Origin: Lama glama
Taxonomy: Eukaryota
DNA length: 64,000 nucleotides
Assembly: GCA_028534125.1 (NCBI GenBank)
Contig: CM052816.1
Location: forward strand, 2,420,001-2,484,000
Direction of reading: 5' to 3'
A program made the position numbers and the translations under genes. The notes under the pieces are model-generated. The model worked only from the letters and a program-made list of their open reading frames with translations, had not been told where the DNA came from and ran no database searches. Positions 27,655 to 40,245 of the stretch are shown here, piece by piece (position 1 is the first letter of the stretch; each line of letters opens with the position of its first letter).

Positions 27655-27860
27655 AACCCCAACTCTGGCCCTGAGAGCTGTGTCACTCTGGGTATGTAAC
27701 CCAACCTCTGCGGGCATCATTTTCTTCCCCTGTACAAGGGAGATCAGGAAATGCCCACCCATTACCTGGGTTTGCTGTGACTTTTAAAGAGATAAAATAT
27801 ATGCAAAGTGCTTCGCAAGGTTCCCAGCAGGTAAGTGTCACCCAACAGTATCCACTGTTA
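27655..27860 (+). mobile_element. MIR SINE
   Basis: agctgtgtcactctggg..aacctctg..atatgcaaagtgctt..gtaagtg. Confidence 0.65.
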
Positions 27861-30800
27861 ATATGTATGTTAAAGTTGTAAAAAACAAAGAAATAAAAAA
27901 ATTCCAAAACAAACAAGTAAACAAAAAGACATCAAAAATAAAACCCTTACTTCCCAGGTCAGTGTTGGGGAAAGCCATAACATACTGAGAAATCCAGGGG
28001 TGGGACTGGAGAAGGGAGGTGCTGGGCAAGGTGTGGGAGGGGTTGGTGATGCAGAAATCCATCTTAATGGCAATTTGAGACTAGAATCTTGACCTCCCAA
28101 AGTGGCAGCGTGATCTTCTGTCATCAGAACCTCCATTAGTCAAAAGTGGGGCTTGAAAGTAAGGTCGTTTCTTTCAAATGATTCACTAGCATACCACAAG
28201 GATCTTTTTCTCCTCCTCTGGAATCTTCTGCTAAGGTTACGGAGTTTATGGTTCCCATAATGCACATGTACAGTATCTATTTCATTTAATTTGCTCTTAA
28301 CACTTACAGTTTCACTTACTTCAACACAGCTGGATAAAAAGAATGGAAATCAACCATCTATGGTCGAATTGGAATGTAGCTATTAGCAGTTTCATTTGCA
28401 AACCCACCATACTCTCACCTTACTTGTGTCACGGCACAAATTCCACTCAATAAACAATCATCAAATACAGATTTATGCCAAGCACAGCCTCTATGCCTTC
28501 CCAGCAAACCCATTTCTTATGCCGGCTCTTCTGCACCCCAGTGTCACCCAAATGTGTAAAAGACTTTTATATATATATAAAAAAAAAACCAAGTAAGCAA
28601 TAACTTTAAAAAATCTCCATCCCGGTGTGTAAAAATTTAAACTTTTTTCAATTTTCTTAACTTGAAATGTGAAGGAATGGACAACATTTTCTAGTGTTGG
28701 GTTTTCCGGCGCTGGAACTTTGTACTACAATCAAAGTGTTCTTGGAGACTGATGTCTGTGTAAGAAGGACCTGTATGTGTTTTAGTTACAGAAAATCTAC
28801 CTAGCTACCTACCTAGCTAGCTTAAACGAAGGAGAGTGACCTGTTTCTGGGTGTTAGAGGGACCAGAAATGGAAAACCACCCATTCTTGAGCCATCTACG
28901 CTCACCATGTTTCTCTTTCTGGGAATACATCATCTTATATCCTTTTCTCTGTGCAAGCAACCAAACTTCCCACTTCTCTGGGCAGATTAGCTTTCTCTAC
29001 TAACCCTCCAGCTTGCACCGGGCTGAAAAAGCCTTCCCGCTGCCCATCTGAATGTGCCCTTTCAATTTAGAAACCTACCATCGTTTGATCTCAGGTACCG
29101 GGGCTCCAAGTTCAGATTTTCCAAAGAAAGGGAAAACGGGATTAGTCATCACCGAATCGATAGACCGGCTCCCCTGGGCCATGAGTCTACCCCTGACCTA
29201 ACCAGCTGTAATGGGGGAGGTAACATGGTACAAGTCCACTGGCCTAGACTCAGCGCTCACAAATGGGTCATAACGAAGCCACTGAATCAAAGTTCTCACT
29301 TCCTCTCTCAACAGAGAGAGCACCCGTTGGTAATGAGATCTCATGATGTAAGTCTTCAGACTACTTTCAAAATGACAACCCAAATGACTTGATGCCTCTT
29401 CAGAAGGCTTGCGTTTCACATGCACTTATAATTCGCCCATTTCTTCCCATTCTGAGTCTTTCTAAATTAAATCCCCTTAAATGGGTATCTTCTAACTGTT
29501 TCTTCAGGCTGTTCGTTTGTGTCAGAGCTCACGCAGCGTAATGACATCAACAGTCATATGGAAAAAAAGTATTTTCTCCCACATGACTGGAAATTCTCAT
29601 CTGAATCTAGTTTTATTTTATACACACTAAAATTTTGGACAAGCTAATGAACGTACAGTTTATGTAACTGTTAAATCACTTATCCTGAATAAAAAATTGC
29701 CAACACACACACTATCCCATTGTTTCGCATTAATTCTCAGAATTGTTCCAGAAATAATATTTTCAGGACTCTCCCTCTGAGATGGGGCCAAAAAAGTCTT
29801 GTGCATCTTTCGATGTATAGCTGACTGCCGAGGGCTACCATCAAGCTCACTGTTTATTCGGACAAAGCCTTTCACTCCAGCTCTCCTTCCCCGAGCAGGA
29901 AGGAAAAACTGGGGGTGAGGGCTGGGGGTGGGGTGGGGTGGGGTGGGACACAAGGCTCATTTTGAAATGTATGAGAGTTGGATACTCCCAAAATTCCAGC
30001 AAGATTACACACACAGAAAAATCTCATCTGGTAAATATTACATTCTGTTTTTGTCTTTGCTTTAGCTTTTACACAACTTGACAGCCTGTGGTATTGTGCC
30101 ACATTTCAGAGCTACGGTTTACAAACATCTGGCTCGTGGGCAACATTCCATTCCCCACGGCCCCCAGCTTCCCCGGGATAAAGTGTTTGCAAAACACCAA
30201 CTGAGGTGGAAAACAAGAGTTTTCCTAGAGAACAATGCGGGTAAGGGAGGCATCTTGCTTCACAAGTTTCCTCTGAAGGCAGCCTCGGGCCTTGGAAAAG
30301 TTAACCCACTGGTGGCCGTCAAGATAAACTTTGGAGGGTTAGGAATTCTTGGACCCCTCTGCTGAGTGACCAGTTCAGTGGATCCTTTTAAGTCCCCGGA
30401 GGTATAAAAACTTACATAATAAAGTATCATTACAATGAACTAATGCAAACTCTTCTGTCATTTTAATGGAGTCTTTTAAATCCCCCTTCACCCTGGATTC
30501 CGTCCATCTAGGAACAAGAAAATATTTTCCTTCTCGTGGAGGAAGGGGTAACAAGATCACACATATTAGCTAAAGCACACAGAATAATGCTTGGTACTTT
30601 GTAAAGGCTACTTAATTTTTTCCTTTCATCATTGTTATTATTTCTATGTTGCGCATCAGTGTATACAGAGGAACGTTATTTTTAAATGGTCAGATTTTTG
30701 AGGTTTCATTGTAATAGTTGATATGGCATATCTCTGTGTCTCTTTTCGTTATCTTTTCTTCCCTTCTTGCTTATGTGCTGGAATAGGATATTAATGCATT

Positions 30801-31809
30801 GTCCAAAGCAAGAAATTGTAGTGTTACTGTAACTCTTTTTTTAATGAAAATGCCAAAACTGAAGACTGTTGTTTGGAATGCCTCCTAACAATTCTAGTTC
30901 CAAAGAAACAAATATCAAGTTTTCTAAACATAAAGATTCCCCAAAAGGATTGCTTTCTTGCCCTGAGAGGATTATCTCATCAAGTCCCCAGAACCTGTGG
31001 AATTATTAACCTGGGTGGGGGGAGGTCCATCGATTCTTAGGAGGGTCCATTTAGTCCCTGCAACTGTGTACAAATTCATGTGTATGCACAGGCATGCATT
31101 TTCCTAGGAAGAGGGCCAATCGCTTTCATGAGATCAGATCATAAAACATAAAAGGTTAATACCTGGTTATATCGGGGGAGTGAAGATGGTCAGAGTGAGG
31201 AAGAGTTCTGTGGGGAATTACGAAGCAAGCGAAGTCTCTCTCCTCTAACCATGCCCTTTCCTCAGGTCAATACTGGCCTTTATCCTTCCTAGACACCAAA
31301 CATCCAAATGCAATCTTTCCCCCCTTCCCTATGAAAACTTAATTTTGATTCCTAATTCACTCTGAAAATGTACACAACAGAAAGTGTTTATAAAAGTTTC
31401 CTTTTTGGAGACTGAAGTCTTCATCTGGTGGGAAAAACCAGGGAACTAGACTCTCAGACTCCGTCAGCTGGTGAGTGCTTCGGGCTTATGTAGTTTCTGT
31501 CCACAACCAGGCTATCTCAGAGCCACTAGAGAGATGCGAAAATCATCTTCCTCGAGGCGAATGTGAGAGGTGATTCCACTGGGATCCTAGAGCCTTCAGT
31601 TAAGTCATCCACAAACAGCCCCTGAGCATCAGCTCTGTGTAACATGCTACTGGTGGCCATGCGGGGAGAAGGAGGCAGCTCTGGCCAGCGAGACTCGAGC
31701 ACCCAGGATTGAACAACATGAGTTGGTATCTCCAAACAATGGGAAAGGAGTACATGGTTATTCCACACGTACTGGTGCCAAGCACAGTGCCAGACACACT
31801 GAAGATGTG

Positions 31810-32050
31810 GAGTAAAAGGTCAGGAGCCAGGGCTTTGTATCAGGCAGATCAGGGGTCAAATTCTTACCCTACCACTTGATGAAAGAAGAACCCTGGGCCT
31901 GTTACACAGCACTCCAAAGCCTTAGGGTCCTCCTTTGTCAAGCGGACATGATTGTGGTACTTTTGTCACAAGATCATTGTCAGGATTAAATAGGGAAACA
32001 CGTGGTATGGTCTCTGGCACACGCTATGAAACGACAAATTTTAGCTCTGA
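31810..32050 (+). mobile_element. MIR SINE
   Basis: tcaaattctt..accactt..caggattaaat..tctggcacac. Confidence 0.6.
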
Positions 32051-34689
32051 TTCTCTAAGACTTTATAACAGCTTTAGAAGGTAGGTAGATACCTTCCTAT
32101 TCTGCAGATGGAGAGACTGATGTTCAGAAAGGGAAAAAAAAAAAAGATAACTGCAGCTACATGGCCTTTCAGTAGCAGAATTGGCCTCTTTTTACTGTAC
32201 AAGACATTCCTCCAATACAGTATGTATGTCACTGATCCAATGGGAGGTTAATATGGATGGTAAGTGGGAGAAATAGTGTTGCATTTATACTAACGCAAAT
32301 AGAGAAATATAACTACCTTTGATCTCACGTCTCTTATGTTTAGGATGAAACTAAGTATTAAAAATTCAGTTGATTTAAAATTACTAATAATTACAGATGA
32401 GACAATGAAATGGCTAAAACTATGGATATGATTTATCGAAGCAGAGGGGAAAGAACTGTCTCATCACTAATGCAGAAGAGGAAAAAGATCAAGAAAAAGC
32501 TACAAGGTTGAGACTCGCACATAAGGACTGGAATACATGTATTTTTAATGCATCCTAGAATTCCAGTATAACTTGCCAACACATCCTTGCTACAGCTGTT
32601 AAGAGATCTGATTATGGGCATCTGCCTATGACTCAGACAGTCAGTTCCTTCCAGAGACTGTTGGCACTCCACATAACCAAGTCATGTCCCAGCGAGGAGA
32701 CCACTGCTCATCGTTCTGATGAGAAGAACGTTATCAAACGGAGGCTGGGCCCAGGAGGGCCCGTGGGGGACACAAAATAGAGATTCTACGCAAATAAATG
32801 GAACATGCACCCAAGTTTAATAACAATGCTCCCTGTGGCATATCCATCAGACCCCCAGAAAGTAGCACCTGCTACCAATTTCAATGCTACGAAATATTAT
32901 TGGTGGATGGTGATGTTTCTAATCCATTTTACTGTTGTTTTTTTTTTATACAATAGCTTTCTCTTCCTTCTTCTAGTATTTTGTCATGCAGCGCTAAGCT
33001 TTGGTGCCAGAGAAACAGAAAAGCATTACAGTTGATTCCCCTCTTGTCTTGCTTTCTCATTATTCCCAAAGGGCGCTATTGACACTTTCAAGAGAGGAAT
33101 GAGGAGGAAAGCCCTTGTAGAGCGGCCCAGTGAAGCCAGCTAAGGTTGGGACAACAATGCCACAAGCATGGAGGCCTCAAGTAGCAAAAAGGGACTGCAA
33201 GGAGGACCAGGTGGCAGCAGGTGCAAATCTTATCTGCATTTCCAGGCCGAGTCAATCTGAGCAAATCGTTTAACTTTTCTGAACTGAACTGTCTTCATTT
33301 GAGAAATAAGGCTACCACTAAATACCCCAGCGTTGCCATCAAGATTAAATAAGCACCAGGCCGGTGAAGACCGTAGCGTACAACAGAGCTCAACAAGATT
33401 CAGAATGTTTATCCTTTCTGCCTCTTGCCATGTCAGTGTCTCACACTGTATGAGCTGTTATCCTGTCTCCATTTCCTGGTAGTAAATGGAGAGGTTCTAA
33501 TCTAATTCCAAATGTTTTCTTCCTGCATCAGGCACTCTGGCTAAGGACCCATTTTCCAAACCTCTGTCTCTGAAAATTTCCTATCTGAAAACTGTCAACA
33601 CAGGCCTGTGAAATGTTAGCCAAAATCTGCTTTCGTGAAAGAGCAGAAAGTCTCACCATATTCAGGGAGATGAGCTTTTCCACTGGAGGTGCCAAAGGGC
33701 TGTGTACCTCCTATAAAACTCATCCGTTCTTGGAAAAGCCATGGTTAACACACTTCGTTGGAGCACTTTTATGTTCACTGCATGACAACAGAATTTATAA
33801 TTTCTTTCAACATCCCTTCCTTTCTCTACCCCCTGAACATGCATATGTATTTTCTTCTGGCCTCTCAGCACCACCAGAAGATCCCACACACATAAGCAAA
33901 TGATTTCTGAACATTTGAACATCAACTGGTGGTCCGTCCCTCCCGTTAGGAGATCTGGGAATATTCAGAGTCCATCAGCTTGGGCAAAGGCAGAGCTGGT
34001 ATTCCAAGGACAGAAGACACCAGGCAACGTGAGACGGAGCTAGTCTACATATCTCCATCTCTACGTACACCAAGTAATCTGAGCTACTTTCGTCTTGTGC
34101 CTTGATCATTAAGATGGTCACTTAGGCAATCTCATCGGATCTATTTTTAGGTACCTCTCTAACTCATTTTCTAAAGTGCAGCGAGAATTCTCGTTTCAAA
34201 CACAAATCAGACAGTGGGTCCCTATCCGTTTAAAATCCTTCAACGAATTCTCAGTCCCAAATGGATAAAGACTAAAATCTTTACTGTGGTTTGAAAGACG
34301 CTTTATAGCTCTTTCTTTCTACTCTTTCCCGGCCTACTGTCTACCTCCACTTGTGCAACCTGGGTACATGCTTGTGGATTACAGAGGACCCACACCTAGT
34401 GCTTATAGATATGCAGAACACAAACCTGGCGCTTACAGACTAGGTAGAACACAGACCTAATACTCAAGTTCCGTACAGGTTCCTTTGTGATTATGGCCTC
34501 ACATTCCTTTCGTATATATACCCTTATTCTAACTTGTAATTAAGGTATAGAGTCATTAGCATCATTATTTTATTAATTTCTCTTACTGAACTCTAAGCAA
34601 GAACATTAGCAACCCTGCTCATCATTGTATCTCCAGGAACCTTTTTCAGGGCCAGGGACGTAGTAGTGACACGAACAACAGCCATCATT

Positions 34690-34900
34690 AACCAGCTTTA
34701 AGCACTTTAGATGTTAACTCTTGATTTTCAGAACAACTCATGAAGAAACGATTCTTCTTCTTCTTTTTCTTTGACTAATGGGGAAACGGAGGCACAGAGA
34801 TCTTAAATAAGCGGCCCCAAGTGCCACAGCTAATAAGTGGGACATTCTGAGTTTTGAATCTACATAAGTTGGTCTGGAGTCCATGCTCTTAACCATCACT
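34690..34900 (-). mobile_element. MIR SINE nested in a plus-strand L2 (~34030-34990)
   Basis: ggggaaacggaggcacagaga..ccacagctaataagtgg..gtccatgctcttaacca; the L2 tail (acttgttaatccaataatgaataatga) follows. Confidence 0.7.
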
Positions 34901-35057
34901 CAATCTCCTTCTTAAGTACGAGCAGGTGCTCAGGTCACAGTAACTACTCGACAAGTACTTGTTAATCCAATAATGAATAATGACTAGAATGTTGCTTAAA
35001 TGACCTACCGGGAGGCCCAGAGCCCTCCAGTCTGTTGCGGATCAGGGAGGAAGTTAC

Positions 35058-35157
35058 CGAAATGGCCTAAGATCAGCATCATCTGGCAAATCAGTGCAGC
35101 GATGAGCACCAAAGCAGCAGCCCTTGCAAGTGTGCTTGTTCTACGGGAAGCTGTCAT
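35058..35157 (-). CDS. Candidate alternative first coding exon or microprotein start encoding MTASRRTSTLARAAALVLIAALICQMMLILGHF (signal-anchor-like)
   Basis: ATG 35157 with purine at -3; basic N-terminus then ~18 uncharged, mostly hydrophobic residues; donor TCG|GTAACT at 35057 (phase 1); TATA/MEF2 element ~70 nt upstream. No homologue recognised. Confidence 0.3.
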
Positions 35158-35221
35158 GTCTGTCTCGCTGTTTGGAAACGCTGGCAGGCAACATCTCCGC
35201 TCCTGACTAAGCAAGAGCAAG

Positions 35222-35275
35222 TTTAAATATAGATGAGGCCTCTAAAAATGCCGCTGTTGGGGCTGTAACAGGTGA
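35222..35275 (-). promoter_or_regulatory. Candidate core promoter: overlapping TATA/MEF2 site (CTATATTTAAA), MEF2-like CTAAAAATGC, E-box CAGGTG
   Basis: CTATATTTAA fits MEF2 consensus YTAWWWWTAR (plus 35223-35232); caggtg at 35269-35274. Confidence 0.35.
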
Positions 35276-35418
35276 CGGCATACTTTTTTTTTTTTTTTTT
35301 GGAGGTAAGAACGTTACAAAGCCTTTGAAAGTTGAGCCTGAACCACGACTACCCTTGAGTGTTTATCCCCAAGAGTTTTTAACGTGATGCTTGGGTCCAC
35401 TGTCATTTACTGAAGGAT

Positions 35419-35486
35419 TTGTCTATTTGCTATGAATGTCAAGAGACTGAGAACTTGTCTATTTACCACGAATGTCAAGAGACTGA
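35419..35486. repeat. 36-bp-period tandem duplication (2 copies)
   Basis: ttgtctatttgctatgaatgtcaagagactga / ttgtctatttaccacgaatgtcaagagactga. Confidence 0.9.
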
Positions 35487-37049
35487 CATTCATAAAGATG
35501 AACAAATACCTTTTACCTACAGAGGCTGTGCCTTTGCGAGGTCACCTGGGGCTGATGGCAAGTGAACAGCACAGAAGAAATTCTAGGGGGATTCTTTTGT
35601 CCTCAAAGAACAAGGAAAATGGCAAAATAGGGATTTTGCTGACCTCTTTAAAGGATTTAACATTTGAGGAATTGCTTGGTCAACAACATGGACAGGGGAC
35701 ATTTACACAGACCAGAGCAGAGCATGGGTTGGCAGGAGTAATAAACAAGGAGGAGAAGATGGGGGCCCTGTCCTTGGAGAGCTGATACTTTGGTTAGGAA
35801 GGTCAAACACTCAAATAATGTCTCAGCAATGCTTCCAGAACAACTAACCAGGGCAAATGACGTGTGCAAACTGAGTGGGGCAGCAGAAAAAGGACAGCAG
35901 GCAAATTTCACTAGAACCAGTTTAGACATTGACTGACCACCATGTGTGCTATGTTAGAGTTGAGACGGAAGCACAAACATGATTTTTCTATTCCTCAAGG
36001 AGCTTAAAAATTGGAGAAAGACACAATGCCAGATGCGGTTAGGCACTAAAACAGAGGTACCTAGAATTTTAAGAGTTCAGAGGAAAAGGGATGAACTTGG
36101 AGTGTGATGGGTCAGGGAAGGCCTCCCAGAGCTGAGCTTGAGAGATGAGAGAAGCATCAGTTATACTGGTGAGAGGGATGGAAAATGGAGAAGACGTATT
36201 TCAGGTCACACAGGTAATCGCCGGTAATGCTAGGACTGGAACCCAGGTCTACCTAGCCCCAGATCCCCTACACTTGCTGCTACACTCAGCAGTCTTCAAA
36301 GTCATGAAATACTTATTGAGTATTTGCTATGTGCTGGTACCGTGCCATAAGGCTTGGCTCCTATCCCTTAAATGTGCTACTCTTGACCCTTATTTCCATA
36401 AGAGCTTAAATACGGTAAGTGGTGCTGTTTGTTGCTGAAGCCGAAAATCTGTCATAAAGTAGGCACTCAATAAATCCCTGAGGAGTATACCAAATGCACA
36501 AAGAGAGACTGGCGTAAAGGATGAAGGACTTGGAAGAGGTGGTCAGGGAAAGAGTTCTGAGGGAAAGGAGAGCCGTGAAAGGGCAAGTAGAAATCAAGCA
36601 GAGTGAATACAAGGGCAAGGAGGAGACAGTGACTAGGATCAGCACGGAACTCTCATAGCTTCAGTCAGGACAGTCACAGCATTAGTGCCCCCGCCGTGCC
36701 CAGTGCAGTTTGCTGGGTATCTACGATGTGCCAGACGTCATATTACGCCTTTTGGTAAGAATAGCTGATCCTTACTACAGACCTGCAGGTCAGGCAGAAT
36801 AATTTCCCTTGTATAGCTGATGACAGAGCATAAGGTTTGGAAATTGGCATAACAAAATTGGATACAGGACTAAAACCCAGGTCCTCAACCTAGAGCCCAC
36901 ATTTTTTTTCAGTATTCTCCCTTCCAAGGAGATGCTAAGTGTAAATATCAGCCACATGCTGTACACTCAACCCCTGTCTAAGTTTACAATGCAGGTGTGG
37001 CCATTGGCCTAGAAACTACCTACTTGTTTATACATTCCAATCCTGATCC

Positions 37050-37935
37050 TAGAATAAGGGTGAGAAGAGGAGGAGGAGGAAGAGTTGAGAGCTGTAGGCA
37101 GTCAGCCAGGGAACACACCACATACGATCTTGCAGACCAATGGAAGAACTTTATTTTGGTTGAAATAAGAACCCCTTAGAGAGATGGATGCAAGGAAACA
37201 GCCTCCTAACCTCTTGATAGAATAGAGATTACAGAGGACGAGGTAGAAGCAGGGAGACCAGTGGAGGGCTGTTGCCTCTGTCCACGTACAAGATGATGGT
37301 GGCATGGACTAAGATGGGAGAAGCAGAGAAGAGATAGTGAAAAGTGGTAAAAGTGTGGGAGATATTTTAGAGGTAGAGTTGATGGGATTTGCTAATGGAT
37401 TGACAGTGGCATCAAAAAAAAAAAAAAAGGAGGGGAGGATTCAAGTATAACTCCTAAGTTTTTGACCCAAACAACTGCATGGATTAAGTGCCATTTCCTG
37501 AGATGGGAGGAGACAGGAAAGTCATAGGATGGATTTGAGGAAACATGAAGATCTGCTGAATCAATGTCATGCATGGGGTGATGTGTGTTAGATATATAAG
37601 TAAAGATGTCACTAAGCAGTAGAAGTCAAGAATGTGGATCTCCAAGGAGAACTTAGGGCTGGAGGTAATAATAAAACCATAATCACAGTACTGAGATTTA
37701 AAGCCCTGGGGTCCAGGAAAGATCCCCAGTGTAGTGTGTAAATAAAAAGGGGAGGAGGACTACAGACCGAACCTTGGGATGCAAAAGCACATGGAGGCCA
37801 GCTGAGAAGGAAGGAAGACAAGTGGAGGGCGGGGTCATGTGAACCTGGAGAAGAAAGAGCTTTAAGAAGAAGGTGGTGGTTAACTGGTATGAAATACAAC
37901 TGAGAGGCCAAATAAACTGAGAAAAGAGAATTTGC
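37050..37935 (-). mobile_element. L2 LINE internal fragment
   Basis: gaagcagggagaccagtggagggctgttg..gatgatggtggcatggactaag..gagatttaaagccctgg. Confidence 0.75.
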
Positions 37936-38029
37936 CATCATATATAAAACCCAGGTTACTGTGTAAGTTTGCAGATTTCATCCTGCACAAGGACCCCTGG
38001 CTGCAGGCGTGAGTCGGGGCTGAAATCCA

Positions 38030-38463
38030 GCCCCTGCATCCATTCACCAATACCCCGTGCTCCTTCCTACTTCAGCCACTTCATACCCGCTGTTTCCTCC
38101 ACCAAGAACACTCTCCCATCATCTTCCTCTTCCCTCCAGCCCTTTCCTCTAAACATAATTAAATTTCTTCTCATTGCTTTAAGTCTCAGCTTAAATAGCT
38201 TTGCTTCGTCCTGGAAGTCGTTCCTGAATGCCCAAGCTTCTGTACATATTTCTTATTAATAACAGCAGAAATGGAATGAAATCATTTATGGGATAATTAA
38301 TCCTTCCTGACCTGTCTCCCCTGCTACTGTGTAAGCTGTGGGTAGGCAGGACCATGCCTGGTTTGTCCATCTCATGATCTCCGGGGCCCAGCATGGTGCC
38401 TAATGCACAAGGAGACTCTCAATAACTCTTTGTTAAATGAATAAATGAATGAATGAATGAAAT
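38030..38463 (+). mobile_element. L2 3' end with (AATG)n tail
   Basis: ctgtaagctgtgggtaggcaggaccatg..cagcatggtgcct..ctcaataa..aatgaatgaatgaatga. Confidence 0.8.
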
Positions 38464-39393
38464 ATGAGGACTACTGAAGTCTTCCTTCCTCCCTTCAGAA
38501 CTGAATTGCTGGACCTAGAATCCTACCTACCTCACGTGCTCCTCAGATGTGGACACCGGCAACTTCCAACTCACAGTCCTGACCTTCCACCTCCCTCACG
38601 TCAATCTTTGCCTCCAGCCCCCAGGTCAATACCACTTTGGCTGTGAATGGCTCTCGACTGCAGTACCTGGGACCCCTCCTACTCCCACGTCTTTTAACCA
38701 CCGGTGATAATGGTAAGACTATTGCTTGTATTTTCATGTTGCCTGGCAACCCTGCCATGTCCACAACGGGGACAAACTGATCACCCAGAATAAGTTATGA
38801 TTCCTATTAGCAGCTCGTGAAATCCAAGGTGAGAGAAGTGGCCATTGGTCCCATAAGGCAGTGGGTCTCAGCCTTTTTTCCCCTCACTATACCCACGAAG
38901 TTCACACTCGTAACATATTCCCAAGGGCTACCCATATATTGACCCCCCCAAAGCCTTTCTACCCCACAAAATAAGAGTATGAGAAAAATATAAGCAGTTA
39001 AATAGACACAATTCAACAGCTGGATCAGAGAAAGTCTTAAATCTCGTAGGCTGAGGGTCAGTGATAGAGGCAACTTCACACTTTTCTTTCCTACTCAAGA
39101 AAATACAGTATTGAACAAGACAGACAGTGACAGAATTATCATATGGCCTTGAATTGGTTATAATCAACATAAAAATGTCTATAATAAACCCAAAAGTCTT
39201 GGTTTTCATCATAATAGAAACAAATACGCCTTTTTTTTCCCCAATATAAAGATTTCTATTTTGGTACCTACCTTATTATATATTTCATGAACTTTAATTA
39301 TTAATGATATGAAACGCTACAGTAGTAAGTACTGCTGAGAAGGAACCATGTAGTTCTGGCTTTAATATCTCAATAAACAATAATAATGGCCTC

Positions 39394-39893
39394 TGTGATG
39401 CTGAATTTTAAGTGTCAATTCGACGAGGCCATGGGGTACCTAGACTTTCGGTCCAACATTATTCCGGGCATCTCTGCGAGGGTGTTTTGGAAGAGATTAA
39501 CGTTTGAGCTGATAGATTGAGTAAAACAAATTCCCCCTCTAATGTGGTGGGCTTCATCCAACCAACTGAACACCTGAAAAGAACAAAAAGGAGGAGTGAA
39601 AGGGACATTCCTCTGTCTAACTGAGCTGAATACTTGTCTTCTCTTGCACTTGGACTGGACTTACATCACTGGCTCTCCTGGTTCTCAGGCCTTTGGACTC
39701 GCACTGGAACTATGCTACTGGCCTTCCTCGGTCTCCAGCTTGCCAGTTACAGATGTTGGGGTTTCTCAGTCTCCTTAACTGCATGAGCCGATTCCTTATA
39801 ATAATTCTCTATTAATAAATATACATCCCACTGGTTTATTAATAAATATCAGTGTGTCCTATTGGTTCCATTTCTCTGGATAAGCCTAGTACA
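39394..39893 (+). mobile_element. ERVL solo LTR (MLT2-like)
   Basis: tgtgatg..taagtgtcaattcgac..gggcttcatccaaccaactga..ctcaggcctttggactc..cctattggttccatttctctgga..taca. Confidence 0.88.
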
Positions 39894-40061
39894 GCTCCTT
39901 ATATCCTTGAGTTGCACCATGATAATAGCAAGGGTTTTCAATAAAAGGGAGGCTGGTGGGTTTTCTATGATACTAGTTTAGTGGCTGAACAAAATGAAAA
40001 GTTGGTGATTTGAGTAACACATGGGGAAAGCCAAGAGCAGCTCTTTCTTTTATGCTCTCGA

Positions 40062-40245
40062 TGGTGGTTTTCAACGTGTGGTCCTGATTAGCAGCAACAG
40101 CATCACTTTGAAACACATTAGACACACAAGTTACCAGGACCCACCCCACATGCTGAATCAGAAACGCTGGGGTGGGATGCAGCAATCTGCATTTTAACAA
40201 GGCCTTCAGGTGATTCTGGCATGCTCTGTAATTTGAGGGCCACTA
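40062..40245. mobile_element. MER5A hAT MITE
   Basis: gtggttttcaacgtgtggtcc..gcagcaacagcatcac..ctgaatcagaaac..ttttaacaag..tttgagggccact. Confidence 0.85.

Noticed and set aside
35419..35486. CRISPR-like repeat-spacer pattern (also 60592-60627)
   Set aside because: Eukaryotic context, only 2-3 adjacent copies, no unique spacers or cas genes.
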